A stretch of 64,000 nt of DNA from the human T2T-CHM13v2.0 reference genome, Homo sapiens. Shown one piece after another: positions 41,645 through 55,075 of this stretch (position 1 is the stretch's first letter; each line of letters starts with the position of its first letter). The stretch lies in the NCBI RefSeq assembly GCF_009914755.1, contig NC_060934.1. One strand, 5' to 3'. Below the pieces are notes generated by a model that saw only the letters and a program-made list of their open reading frames with translations, ran no database searches and was not told the origin of the DNA. Both the position numbers and the translations under genes were made by a program.

Positions 41645-42110
41645 CTAGGGCAAGGCATGAGAGAAGGAGGGCAGAGCTTCCATCCCCTACCTGGGCATAT
41701 CACCTTCCAGAAACCTCCCCATGTTCAGCTATCAGAAGTTCTACAAACCCTGTCCTCTGGGGCCTTTAAGAAAGAGTTCATTGGATAGGCATGGTTAACA
41801 ACCATGTAGAAATAAGATCAGACAAAAAGGGTATGATCTAATTCTCAAAGACTGAGTGGAGAAAACCAGCACTACCTGTCCAGAGTCTTCTTAGCCTCTC
41901 TGTGTAGCATTCCTTCTTCCAGGAGATGGGGCAGGACCTTATATGTTTAGTTTCTAAGCCTTGTCTTGCAGAAAAGAAAGAAAGAAAAAAAAAGCAGGAG
42001 GTCAAATAGAGGGATTCTGTTTTCTGAGCCTTGCTTCTGAGACCTAAAACACTCCAATATATAACAAGGGCAACAGCAATTATAGACCAGGAACCATGGA
42101 GATACACCAC
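41645..42110 (-). mobile_element. MER21-family LTR fragment
   Basis: 'gcagagcttccat..ccagaaacctccccatgttcagctatc..aaaccctgtcct..ccaggaaccatgg'. Confidence 0.75.
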
Positions 42111-42240
42111 ATACACATGCATACACAAACATATATATATGTATGTATGTATGTATGTTTGACATAAACTCTCTATACACATATACACACATATACATAT
42201 ATGTATAAACACATACACACATATACATATGTGTATATAA
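42110..42240. repeat. compound (TA)/(CA)/(TATG) microsatellite
   Basis: direct reading. Confidence 0.9.
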
Positions 42241-42310
42241 ATGTTTTTGCCATGGTTCTTGGCTCACAGGGAAAGGATCAATTTGACCACAGCATGGAAG
42301 TAAAGACCGA

Positions 42311-42374
42311 ACCATTCTCCCACTGATGTTTCTATGAACGATACCATTCTCCCACTGATGTTTCTATGACCGAT
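42311..42374. repeat. 32-bp tandem duplication
   Basis: accattctcccactgatgtttctatga(a/c)cgat twice. Confidence 0.95.
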
Positions 42375-42399
42375 ACTTTCCCATCCCTCTGATTCCAGC

Positions 42400-42675
42400 G
42401 CAAATGCTACTTCCTCCAAGGAGCCTTCCCTGATTCACCTATCTAATGTTCCCAGTAGCTCAACATCACATATTGGCTTTGTTGAATTTGTAGCACTCAT
42501 GCCAGGTTCAATGATCTAAATTGCTGGTCCAGCGTTCAGCTGTGTCTCTCCCTCACTGGCCTGCAAGGTCTATAGCAACAGGTGTCTTGTTAATCTTGGA
42601 TACCTCTGATTGCTGGTGCCCACCAAGGCACTTGCAAAAAGAGAGTTCTCATTAAATATCTGTTAAGATAATGAG
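42400..42675 (+). mobile_element. L2 3' end
   Basis: 'caaatgctacttcctccaaggagccttccctga..ctcattaaatatctgttaa'. Confidence 0.65.
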
Positions 42676-43249
42676 TTGGGAAGTGAGAATAGAAAAAATC
42701 TGGAGTCTGAGAGTGAATGCCACAGAGTCCTAGGTTTATGCAGAAGATAATAAAGACCTGGGGGTAATTGTCAGAGCTGCGCTTTTAGGAGACTGACTCA
42801 GTTGGTGTGCAGGAGGAATAGAGTAGTCGAGGACTGGAAGAGCTGAGCTGAGCAATTAGGAGGCAACAGCAGATACCCAGGCAGAAGCTGATGCTTGCTG
42901 ATTGAGTGAATTAGAGGAGAGATTCTCAGTTTTCCTAATCATAACAACAACAAAAGAATGATAAGTGCAACATGTCTACTTTTTCCTTTTCTCCACCTCT
43001 CATAGCTGGTTTTCCTGTAAGAGTCTCCCATCTTCTTCCAGATATTTTTCCAACCAGCATCTTTCATATGAATCTACAATGTTATCCCCTGTACCAGCCC
43101 CCTACAGGTAATAGCTTCAGAGAACACAATGGGAATGGCTGATTAGATAACGAAAGCACCAAGACCTACATTCCCTGGTTGTACAGGATTTGTGTTTCCC
43201 TGGGCCAGTTCAGGACACCCTTATCACCACCTATACAAACTTTCGCTAA

Positions 43250-44000
43250 TCCAACAGGCCACATTTTTACTACCCTCACAGATTATGTTTGTTCAATTTG
43301 TGTTTCTCACAATTGTTATAAATATTTTCATATTGTATATGCAATATTGCAACTTTTTTTTTCTTCAAACATCTGGTTTGGGGATTTAGTTAAGTGATAG
43401 GTAGCTTTAATTACTCCATTACCATTGGCATAGAGCTTCCATTATGTGAGTATGTATCATTTATTTAACTATTTTTCCTACTAAAGAACATTTCATTTAG
43501 TTCTATTTTAGTTTGGTTTTGGTTTGGTATTTTGGTCTTACACACAATGTTACATTGAACATACTATATATCTTTCCTTGTATTTATATTAAGGAAACCT
43601 CTAAGAAATTCTAAACATTTCTTAGATTCCAAACAATTGCTGGGTCCAAAGTACGTTTACAAATATTCAACCATATCAAATACTATCTAACTATCCTCAA
43701 AGAGTGCTGTACCACTTACACAACTTTAAGCAGGATATAAAATCCTCTATTTTTTCCCATCTCCTTGTCAATCCCTTGAATTACAAGTCTTAAATATTTA
43801 TATGTGTGTATTACAATAGGTATGCATTTTTCTTTTTGCATTTATTTCCAAATATTATCTTATAGTTGTTAGCCATTTGTGTTTCCTCCTCTGTGAATAA
43901 CATGTTAATAATTTTGGCCTATTTTTCTACTAGCTTATGTGTGGTTTTGCTCTTTATTTGTAGGACTTTTAAGTAAATTTTGCATACAGTCTTCTCCCAA
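43250..44000 (-). mobile_element. L1ME-type fragment
   Basis: 'ttccattatgtgagtatgtatcatttatttaac', 'ttgctgggtccaaag', 'agccatttgtgtttcctcctctgtgaa'. Confidence 0.65.
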
Positions 44001-45097
44001 CACTGTTATAAAGATTTTGCCCTCATTTTCTTGTTTCAGGACTTTAACACAAGCAGAATTTATTTCACATTTACCTCTTGCTTCTCTCCTCAGTCTCTGT
44101 ACTTGAGTTCCCTCTATCCTTCCCTAACCTTATGTAATTCCTGACTCTGGGACAGCCTGAGCACCACTTTCTTCATGAAGTTTTCCTGGTGGCTCCATCC
44201 CTGCCTGGCTACACCCTCCCTGGAATTCTAAATTGCTTCTCAATGAATTAATGACAATTTTTGCTTAACACAAGAGTTGTAAACGCAGATGCCTGCAGCA
44301 ACCATACAGGAAATCTAAGTAGATAAAGTGTGCCTGATTTAATACAATGGGTGGGGCAGGGGTTGGAGTCTGTGTTGAAATAGACACAATTTACTTCCGC
44401 TCAAAACGTCAGACATTGCTATGAGTGCATATGGTCCCAGCTTGGACAGAGCTGCTGATATTTTTGTTTTTCCTGTTAGGAATATAGATTTTTCATGTGA
44501 AACCTTCTGATTTTTAAATATTGCCAGAGAGCGCAAACATTTTTTAAAAGTATTATGTAGGTAAAATAAGTTGTATCTATTAGGCAGGATTTTACTTTCT
44601 GCCCTCAAACTCAAATTATTTCTAATAATGTAACAATTTGTAAACATAATTTGTTTTCCCAATTAAACCAGAATTCCTTTGTGCCTAGAAACACTCTTTT
44701 TGTATCTGCCACTGCATCTATTGTGGAAACAAAAGCCTGAAAATTCTCAATAAATCCTGACGGATTATTGATTGACAAGAGACTTTATAATCACTTATAA
44801 ATGCACAGTCCTCCCCATAGCCAAATACTGAGGATGGTATCATGGGGGATTCCATAATGAGTCCAAATGACCAACAGTCTGTCTACCTACTTAGCATTTG
44901 TCATTCCAGCCAAACTTGCACATGTTCCCAACAGCCAGTTGTGTCCTTTACCCAGGCAGCTTCACCACTGCAGTTTCGTTTCTGTGCTGAGTCCTTGTCC
45001 TCAGAGTCAAGGCACCCTTGCACTCCCCAGCCAGCTATATGCAGGTGCCTGGTATTTATTTGACCAAAAACAGGATTGAGAAGCTTCAATTTGGTCT

Positions 45098-45348
45098 AGC
45101 AGTGCTCTCAAACCACCTGTACTTCTATCAAGCCCTTTGGAAAGCACAAACAAGTGGCTTTTGAACTTCTGGGGAAAAAAAGAAAAAATCACCTGGGACT
45201 TTTAGAAAATACTACATCCGCGATGTCCTCTACAGTCAAATATTCGGAAATACTAGAAGCTGTTACAAGGTAGGGTCTCAGACATCAGTATCTCTTAAAA
45301 AGCTTCCTAGATTATTCTAATGTGCATCTGGAATTGAGAACCACTGTA
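45098..45348. mobile_element. MER5-family element
   Basis: termini 'cagtgctctcaa' and 'ttgagaaccactg'. Confidence 0.6.
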
Positions 45349-46184
45349 TCTGCTAGATAACTAGGCCTTTGCTGTTTTCACTGGAAATATGCAACTTGCT
45401 TCACTTGTGTGTGACTTTATTTTTATCACAATTCAGTAGTGAGGATGATTTAATTAATTTATTTAGTGTAGCAATGGGCTGAACCTCTGCTTTCCTGCTC
45501 AAGAAGAAGATGATCCCTGAGAGTAACTTCTAAATCAGCAGCCTCCAGATTAACCCTCTGAAAACAACAAAGAATGTCCCCTCCCAGCCCACCTTCCTTC
45601 ACTTCAACTAACACGTATCTCCTTTTCATTTACGGGCTGTGTAATTAATAAGCTATATCCCTGGTTTAATGTCCATATAAAATTTTCACATCCATTGCTT
45701 GTGTTTGACAGACAGAAAAAGAATATATGGGTATAATAAAGCAAGTACTTTATAAAAATTTAAATGCATGTTTTGGAGCATTCTTTACAGGGGAGAAAAG
45801 AGAGGAGGAAGTAGAAATGAAATTCAATTGTAACCTTGGAGAGAAAGTTAGAATCTAAATGAAGGGGAGAAAGAAATCTCAGATACTTAAAATGTGGGAG
45901 GCAAGGATACAATCGTATACACAGCTTACAGCTTTGTGAAAATAGGTTCTGACTCCTCCACAATTTGACCCTTGCCTACCTCATTGGATGGGCATATTTC
46001 TGGAGCAGGTCCCCTGATAATCTTGTTAGCAGGGATCCTTTCTGGGTTAGGTTGTCTGTGTGTCCCTGTGACACTTCCTCACTCCCAAATTCCTGCTGAC
46101 ACCCTTAAAGAATGTTCAGAGGTCTGAAGATTCAGACAGTGACCCATTTTTATTAGGCAAAAAAACACTACATTTAAAAACATT

Positions 46185-46238
46185 TCTCAGTACACCTGAC
46201 ATAGTAGGTGCTCAATAAATATTAGTTGAATGAATGAA
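46185..46238 (+). mobile_element. L2 3' terminus
   Basis: 'cctgacatagtaggtgctcaataaatattagttgaatgaatgaa'. Confidence 0.85.
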
Positions 46239-46585
46239 CATATTACTGTTCAATCACAAGGTGGATCTGAATGGGAAGCTCAAAGGACTTTTTCCCAATG
46301 AATAAGAACCCAAAGAACCAATGGAAAAGCTTCCTATGTCTCCAAATGTGTCAGCAAGGGCACATTTCTTGGAACAAATTCTTCTTGGGAAATCACCAAG
46401 AGTAGACAGATAGGGAATATAAGACTGTGTTTATCTGCATCACTTGCTGATATTTAACTCAGTAGGGAAGAAAATAAAAATAAAACAAATAAAAACTTAA
46501 TATTGGTATTTTTCAGCTATTTCCATGCAGTAGCTAACACCATTTTAGGATTCCTAAATACGTTTTTTTTGAGTGATTGGAATGG

Positions 46586-47243
46586 TGTGGTGGCTTTGTC
46601 AAACTGACTCAATTAAACCATATTTCCAAGAATCCTGGTCCCTATATGTTCCTGGTTCATCTTATCACAAGAAAATAAGATTGTGGGCAAGACTGGAAAA
46701 TAAGAGTAAAGCAATAGTCACGTGTACTCTAAAAAAGTCAATGTGGGTCAGGATCTGATACAGATTATGCACAATTGTTCAGATTTTTTGGTTCATCTTG
46801 TTGCCATGGGTAGCAGACCTGCCAATTGTTCTAGCTGAATGGAATCTATTTCTATTCTTTTGTAAATCCTAGGCCAGATGATTGGATGGTTCTGTGAGAA
46901 GACAGATCTCCAGCTCCTTTTGGAAGTCATCTGCAGCAGCGAGGTTGGAAGCTTGAAGACGACAAGAGGCCAACACAGGTTTCCGAGAGAGAGAGAGAAG
47001 TGCAAGTTCCAGCTCTTTTCTTAAATGATCCCATTTTACCTGTTCACCACAACTTCAAAAATAGCCATCAATCTTGACCACTTCTCTTGTGTCTTAAGGT
47101 TCATAATCAAAGGTAGAAGGAACAGAAAAACCAAGGCTGTCTGACTAGATCCCATAATTGCATGTGATCAAACTATTATAATGAATACATTATATTACAT
47201 CATTCCCAGCAATTCTCTTTCTGGTTGAAGCCTGACTGATACA
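46586..47243 (+). mobile_element. ERVL-class 5' LTR (MLT2F/LTR52-like)
   Basis: TG start 'tgtggtggctttgt'; end 'cctgactgataca' directly followed by a PBS-like sequence. Confidence 0.55.
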
Positions 47244-48630
47244 GAATTTAGTACTGGAAGTATTTCCAGAAGAAAAGAATTTAAGGATGAATTCTCAGAA
47301 TTTATTATGGTTATCTGGGAATGGTTATCTGATATGATTAGTTTAAAGGCTCTAATTTAATCTGTTTCCAGTGGAAAATGAAACACCATTAGCCTATAAC
47401 ATGCAGTGGCCAAGTAGCCACTTAAATGATCACTTGTTGACACTTGTGATCAAATAACTACAGAAATGTTTGCTGCCATAGAATATTTTCGTGGAAATAA
47501 GGAATAAAATGTAGTTGGTTTATTGCTTTTGAATTCAATGGAGACCTTTAAATAAAATTATGAGCTCAGGGCTTTAAATTCCCAGTTCAAAGACTGCTTA
47601 AGAGACTCAGAAGCTTCTATGATTGAACTAAAATAAAACCTTATTACACTTAGCTGCAGGATTGAGATTTCTGAAAACAAAGTTCAAAGTCTAATAACAA
47701 ATATGGCTAAATTATTATACAACACAAATTAAAATTTCTAATTGTCAGGGTCCTTTAGTCAATATTTAGGCATTAATTGGAGAGAAGTGAGACACTGAAT
47801 TCAGGTTGTGAGTACATGGGAAGATATGAATAAAGCAGGAGAATTTGACTTGTAAATTCTGTTTAGCCTACCTTGACATTAGGAACAGTCTTTCTTTCTC
47901 TGAGTAGCACAGCCTGTCCATTGCCTGAAAAGCCTGTAAAGGCCTCCTATGAAGTAGATTTATTACAAGGATCTGATGGTTCTTTCCATTATATATACAT
48001 GCTACTTCTTATTACTTCTTATTGCCTTAAAACCTATTATAAGACTCAAGTCTCAGTAGACCATGAGGGTAAGAAACAAAGTGTGACCCCTGGCAAAGGG
48101 CAATGCACATCAAATGCACTGCATTATTTTAAAAAATTATATACAAAGGCCGAGGAGGGTGGATCACTTGATGTTGGAGTTCGAGAGCAACCTGACCAAC
48201 ATGGAGAAACCCCGTCTATACTAAAAATACAAAAATTCGCTGGGCGTGGTAGTGGGCACCTGTAATCCCAGCTACTCGGAAGGCTAAGGCAGGAGAATCG
48301 CTTGAACCCAGGAGGCTGCAGTGAGCCGAGATTGTGCCATGGCACTCCAGCCCGGACAACAAAAGTGAACTACATCTCAAAAAAAAGAAAAGAAAAGAAA
48401 AGAAAATATAATATATGTTGAAGAGTATTCTGTATTGTTAAAATCCTGGATCAGGGTTGAAGTAATCTAATGAATAAATGTAGGCTCATTAAAGGGCTTT
48501 TATACTTTGCTTCATCAGTTGACAGAAATCTGGACCCCAAGATAACCTGTATTTAAAGAAATTCTAAATGTCATACCTACTTTAGTATACTACAAAAGGA
48601 GGTATTGAAAAGCTTGGAGAGGGGCTTTGG
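47244..48630 (+). mobile_element. ERVL internal 5' region (decayed), interrupted by an Alu
   Basis: 'gaatttagtactggaagt..aagaatttaaggatg' resembles the HERVL 5' internal start. Confidence 0.6.
48147..48406 (+). mobile_element. 5'-truncated AluSp-like
   Basis: 'cctgaccaacatggagaaacccc'; (GAAAA)n tail. Confidence 0.9.
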
Positions 48631-51100
48631 GGTCAGCTCAGATATGTAAATAACTCAGAGTAAGCATTCCATCCTTTCAATTAGGAAAGTTAGAAACATG
48701 TGAAAGCAAACACTTTTATTTGTCCCACCAGGTAAGTGAGGTTTCAGTACAAACTACTACCCCCAAATCTGGGAGAGGCACAGTGAAACACAGGACCTGA
48801 GATTTACTTAGCTGGAGCAGTGTTCACTAGATGCTGTAAGAGCATAAAACTAGAAATACCAATGAATTGCTGGTGGCCAAGTGTGGGCTACTGGGAGAAC
48901 AAGCTACTGGCAGTTGCAGTCATTGGAGGGTACCTACATTTCTGCAGGCTTTTCTTCCAAGGACTCTACTACTCTCACACAGGGATAATTGAGAAAATCT
49001 GAAGACAGCCCCTCACTTGACCATAGCAGAAGAAAAAGAGGGGAAGAGTAACCATTGCGCAATCTGTGCAGAGCTTTCATTCTCTGGAACACTTAATCTC
49101 AGGAAGAAAATTTCTAGATGGCAGCAATGAAATCCCATCTGACTAAAGGGAAGAAACTTTGCTCTGCTTTGTTCTAGCCCTACTCTAACCTCTCTGATTT
49201 ACATATAAAATAGAAGTTGTAATCTGTAGGAGAGAAGGCTTGAAGGACACAGACTGGGGACACTGGAGAATACTTACCATAAATGGGAAAGGATTATGGA
49301 GCATAGAGAGGAAAAGCTTTTTTTTTTCCCGACCCCCCTGGAGAAGGGACAGAAACAATGTAAAAGCCATGCCTCTGATACATGATCTAAGGTGCACTCC
49401 AAATACTGGAAATTAATCAAAAGAAAACCCTCACTACTTCCTCCATCCTCTAAATCCATGCTAATAAGACTCCAGTTAAAACAATAGTGGATTGTAACTG
49501 GGAAAACTTCAAGAGAAACAATATTCCTGAGAAGAAGCACAAAGAGAAGACCCAAAGCCAAGAAGAAAGAGAAGACAAGTCAATAGAGTCATTTTAAGAT
49601 TTTGGTCCCCATGGCTGCAACAAATATCATACACAGCCTAATACTTAGCTCTGTAAATGTAAGTTCTCACACTGATGAATGCTAATTTGCCTCTATATAT
49701 TGTGCTGTAAAACATTCCTGACTTTCAACTACAACAAAATTACAAGCCAAACAAAAAGACAAGAAAAAAATAGCCTCAAGTAAAGGATCAATAATCAGAA
49801 TTAAGGACAGATATAACACAAACTAAAATTATCAGTCAGATATTTAAAATAAATGTTTAATATTTTAAAGGCACTAATGGAAAAGATATATAATATGCAT
49901 GACCAGATGTATAACATGAGCAGAGAGATGGCCAATATCAGAAAAAAACACAAATAAATACTTGAAGTCTAAAACACTGTAACAGAAATGATGTCTACCT
50001 TACATGGATCATCAGTAGACTCAACACAACTTAGGAATGAATCAGTAAGTCTAAATATATGTCAATAGAAATTATCCAAACTTAAAGGCAAATAGAGAAA
50101 AAAATAACAAAAAAGAGCAGAATATCCAAAAACTTTGGAACATTATAAAACAGCATAACATGCATATAATTGAGAGAAGCAAAAAGAAAGATGGAACAAA
50201 AGAAATACTTGAAGTAATAATGGATGAACATTTTCTAAACTTAGTGACAGACAATAAATCATGAATTCAAGAAAGCCAGAGAATGCTCAGCAAGATGAAT
50301 ACAAGATAAAACAAAGTAAAACAAAGCAAAACAACAACAAAATACCTGGGCATTTTATATACCAATTATAGAAATCAAAAGATAACCAGAAAAATCTTAA
50401 AGGTAGCCATGGTGATAAAGGAGCACTTTAACTACAGAGAAAGATGAACAACAATTATAGCTGAGTTTCCAGCAGGTAACATGCAAATGAAAAGCCAGCA
50501 GAGTTAAACATTTGATGTGCCAAGAGGAAAAAAAAAAAAAAAAAAAAAAACTAAAGTGAAAACATAATGCTAAGCCAAAACTCTAGATCTAGTAAAATGT
50601 GCCTTCAACAGTGAAGAAAAAAATGTAGACTTTCCCTAACAAACAAAAACTGAGAAAATTAATCACTAGTGGTCCTGCAAGAATTTTTTTTAAAAAAGTT
50701 TTTCAGTTAGTAGAAAAATGGTAACTATCAAAAACTTGAAGATCATTCAGAAATCAATGGATGAAAATATAATCTTTCGTGTTTTATATTCTAATTGATC
50801 TAAAAGATAAATGTTTAAAGCCACAACAATAACACCATTAAAGTTTATGTGAAGTGTTCAAATACAGTTTACATGAAGTGATTAAAGTATATATAAAATG
50901 AAATAAATGACAGCAATGTCTCTGACACGGGAAGATGGAATTGGGAACATACTGCTGTAGGACATCTTCACTTCATATGAAGAAATATATTATTACATGA
51001 AGGTGAGCTTAGATCATTTTTAAATGTACATTATTATCAAAATGAAAAACTAAGAGAAGAATAAATAAGCCAATATAAAAATAAAATTGAATTTTTTTTA
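48630..51100 (+). mobile_element. old L1M 5' UTR and ORF1 remnant
   Basis: 'gctcagatatgtaaa..ccccaaatctgggagaggca'; A-rich ORF1-like 'gtaacagaaatga..catcagtagactcaacaca', 'aaacaaaaactgagaaaatt'. Confidence 0.65.
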
Positions 51101-52360
51101 AATGCACACCCAGTAGAATGACAATATAAAGAAGAAACAAAAAAAAAGTTCATAAGGATACAGAACAACGTAAATTCTATTACATTACTGGTGAGAATAT
51201 GAAACAGTACTGCCACTTTGAAAGACAGATTGGAAGTTTCTTACAAAACTAAACATAGTCTCAGCATGCAATCCAGCAATTATGCTTTTAGGTATTTACA
51301 TAACCTTAAACTTTACGTCCACACAAAATCTGCACGTGAATGTTTATGGCATCTTTATTCATAATTGCCATAAGCTAGCATCCACCAGAATGTCCTTCAA
51401 TAGGTTAATGAATAAAGAAACAAACAGTGGTACATCCATAGAATGGAATATTCATCAGGAACTGAAAGCCAATTCCATACTAACAGAATAAATTATTTTT
51501 AAAAACTGAAGGGGAAGACACAACTCTCCCATGCACAAGAATTCTAAATAATAGATGTTCAAAGATGTTCAAAGATTTCTAAAATAATAGAAATTCTAAA
51601 AATATGTTCAAGGAAGTGGGGTATAATTCCCTGCTCCTTAATTGTGGGCTGTGCATACTGACTTATTTCCAAAGCACAGTATGAAAACTGGAGTGAGTGG
51701 GGGAGGAGTAACTTTACAATACAGAAACCTGCTAAACACTACCTCAGTAAGGTGATCAAGGTTAACATTAACAGTGATAAGTCAGGTTAACAGTGTGCAC
51801 CTTTTGCATCATGTGATTAGTATGGTACTTTATCTCTGAAATATGTTTTCTTGAAACACGTAACTATAGTCTAAGCATGAGAGAAATATACAAATCCAAA
51901 TTGAGGAACATTCTACAAAATACCTGAACAGTACTCTTTAAAATTATCAAAATCACCAGAAACAAGAAAAGTTTTAGAAACTCTCACACATGAAAACAAA
52001 ATGTAATATGGCATCCTGGACAGGATTCTGGAATGGAAAAGGATAGAAAACTAAAAAATCTGAATTAAAAATTGATTTGGCTTTTTAAAGTTAAGGCAGG
52101 AAAAGAGGGATGAAGAGAGAGAGAAAAAAATACAAGCATGTAGAAAACAGCAGATGGTGAATTTTAATCCAGTAATATATTAGTTTAAATCTGAATAGTC
52201 AAAACATACTAATTATAAGGCAGAGCTTGTCAGATTGGATTTTTTGAAAGGAAAAAAAAATGTAAAACCTCAGGTGGTTAAAAGTAAATGGATAGAGAAA
52301 AATATATGATGCTAGCATTTTTTTTTAAAAAAAGCTGGATTAACTATATTAATTTTAGAC
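51100..52360 (+). mobile_element. L1MC/L1MD-type ORF2 end and 3' UTR pieces, then an L1M ORF2 5' piece
   Basis: 'gtttcttacaaaactaaacatagtc..gtccacacaaaatctgcac'; 'gtgatcaaggttaacattaacagtgataagtc'. Confidence 0.7.
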
Positions 52361-52894
52361 ACTAGCCATTTGTTAGGTAAAATTAACAACCAATATGGAT
52401 GGATAAAATGGAAGTTACATTTATTGCTATGGGTTAATATTCACTATGTACTATGTACAATGTTTCATATGATTATCTTATTTTCTTGACTACCTCATTA
52501 AGTAGGTAGAAATATTTTTCCAGTTTCATAGTTGAGAAAACCAATATCCAAGAAGTTAAATAAGTATTGAGCTTCTCTTAACAAGGAAGTAAGCAAAAGC
52601 CAGGATTCCAACTCATGTCATATGATTCTAGAGCCCATATGACTGTACAGTATAGAGTTTAATTATGTAGCCACAAAAGAGTTGATTATGATCATCAGCT
52701 GGTAACAAACCAATTGATAAATGTGAGGAAGCATAGACAAGGTATGACTAGAAATCTTAAGGACACTATCTTTTGAATTCCATAAACTAATCTCTTAGAA
52801 CCAACACAAATGTATTCTGATTCCACAAGTTTAAATAGTTACTTAATGGGGAAAACAAGGGAGTGCATTGCTTAGTGACATCTTCATTATTATT

Positions 52895-53011
52895 ATTTAC
52901 AGATAGGTCTTGCTATGTTTCCCAGGCTGGACTTGGACTTCTGGGCCCAAAAGAGCCTCCTGCCTCAGCCCCCTGAGTAGCTGGAGCTACAGGCACATGT
53001 CCCAGAGCCCG
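52895..53011 (-). mobile_element. FLAM / free Alu monomer
   Basis: 'ggtcttgctatgtttcccaggctgg..cctcctgcctcagcc..gagtagctgg..ctacaggc'. Confidence 0.8.
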
Positions 53012-53334
53012 TCATAGTGATTTTTAAGACATGAAAGATGGCCACCTCACAAAATTTTTGAGTGGACAACAGCACTGGAGATTGACAGTCTATACCTTTC
53101 ATTTGATAGTTGAGTAAACCGGTGCCCAGAAATACGAAGTCATGTATCTAAGTCACAACTCAGGGACACAACCAGCATGAGATCCACATACTCCTCCTCT
53201 GAAGCTTATTCCACAAGCTGTTTTATATTCCTTTTGAATTACTTAAGCACATCTATTTAAAGTTTGAAAGACAGATTTGTTGATTTAGGTATTCTTTAGC
53301 CATTGTAGTCCCCAAAAATTCTGATCAACCAAAT

Positions 53335-53742
<408 letters not shown>

Positions 53743-54618
53743 TTTTTCAATAAACATAAAAACGATTTTTCTGTAAGAACCAAAAAGGACCCTTCCTTTG
53801 TCTCCCTACTCCACCATTGATAATGTGGAGAAAAGGCTTAACACATGCAGACGCACAATTTACCATGAATCTTCTACAATGTTTTCTGTCACTCTTCCCT
53901 GCTTTGGCTTCTCAGCAGAGTGATAGAGCCCTGTGGGAACAGGAAGACAGGCCAGGTGCCCTTGTGCTCTGATTTATGCTAATCTATTCAAGAAAGTTTG
54001 AAAAAAAAAAAAAAAAAAAGCAAATCAAACAAAGCATTTCATATTTAGAAATGCCAAACAAAACAATCACACACTTTTATGTTTCACACACCATGTGTGC
54101 CTTTAAATTGTGTTCTACTTGCATGTAAGTAAGGGAAACTGGGACATTGGCCCAGCTATCAAGGAGACCCAGCAGCCTTTTAATCTGACCAATACTTTTA
54201 GTTATCTCTTACACACCACACCCCTATGCTTATCTCCACTTACTGCTACCTGTTTTCAAAAGGCAACTTACTGATAGGAATTCTGCTTTTTGAAGCAACA
54301 ATGCAAGATCTTCAGGCCCTAGGGATGAAGGAAAGCAAATGCCCAGTTATAACTTGGCTGAGCTTAAAAAAGCTAATCAGAAAGTGACCATTGCAGAATT
54401 GTTATCAAGATGACATGCCCTAGGAAGCACTGAAATAGGAACAGGAGAGAAAATTAGGACATGAGGCAACATGTAGAAGGAGGAGTCACCTTGAAGATTC
54501 TTCCATTCTGAATTTAGCACTTCAGACATTCTATGTCTCTGCATAGCCTGTCTCCAACTAAGATTTTTGGATTCTGCAGATTGAAATTGACTCAAAGCCT
54601 CTTTATTTCAGCTTCTCC

Positions 54619-55075
54619 TTTTATTTTTTTTTAAGTTCTGGGATACATGTGCAGGGTACGCAGGTTTGGTACATAGTACGTGTGGCATGGTTGTTTGCTG
54701 CACCTATCAACACATTACCTAGGTATTAAGACCAGCTGCTTTAGTTATCTTTCCTGATGCTCTTCCTCCCTCCACCCCTACAATAGGCCCCAGTGTTTGT
54801 TTTTTCCCTCCCTGTGTCCATGTGTTCTCATTGTTCAGCTCACACTTATAAGTGAGAACATGTGGTGTTTGGTTTTCTGTTCCTGTGTTACTTTGCTGAG
54901 GATAATGGCTTCCAGTTCCATCCATGTCCTCCCAAAGGACATGATCTCCTTCCTTTATATGACTGCAGAGTACCCCATGGTATGTATATATATATACACA
55001 CCACATTTTCTTTATCCAGTCTATCACTGATGGGCATTTGGGTTGATTCTATATCTTTGCTATTCTGAATAGTGC
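54619..55075 (-). mobile_element. 5'-truncated L1PA8-10-like 3' end
   Basis: antisense 3' UTR; TSD core ttcagcttc at 54607-54615 and 55076-55084. Confidence 0.9.

Noticed and set aside
41838-42315. 122-126 aa minus-strand ORFs
   Set aside because: Low-complexity translations of a TA/CA microsatellite plus MER21.
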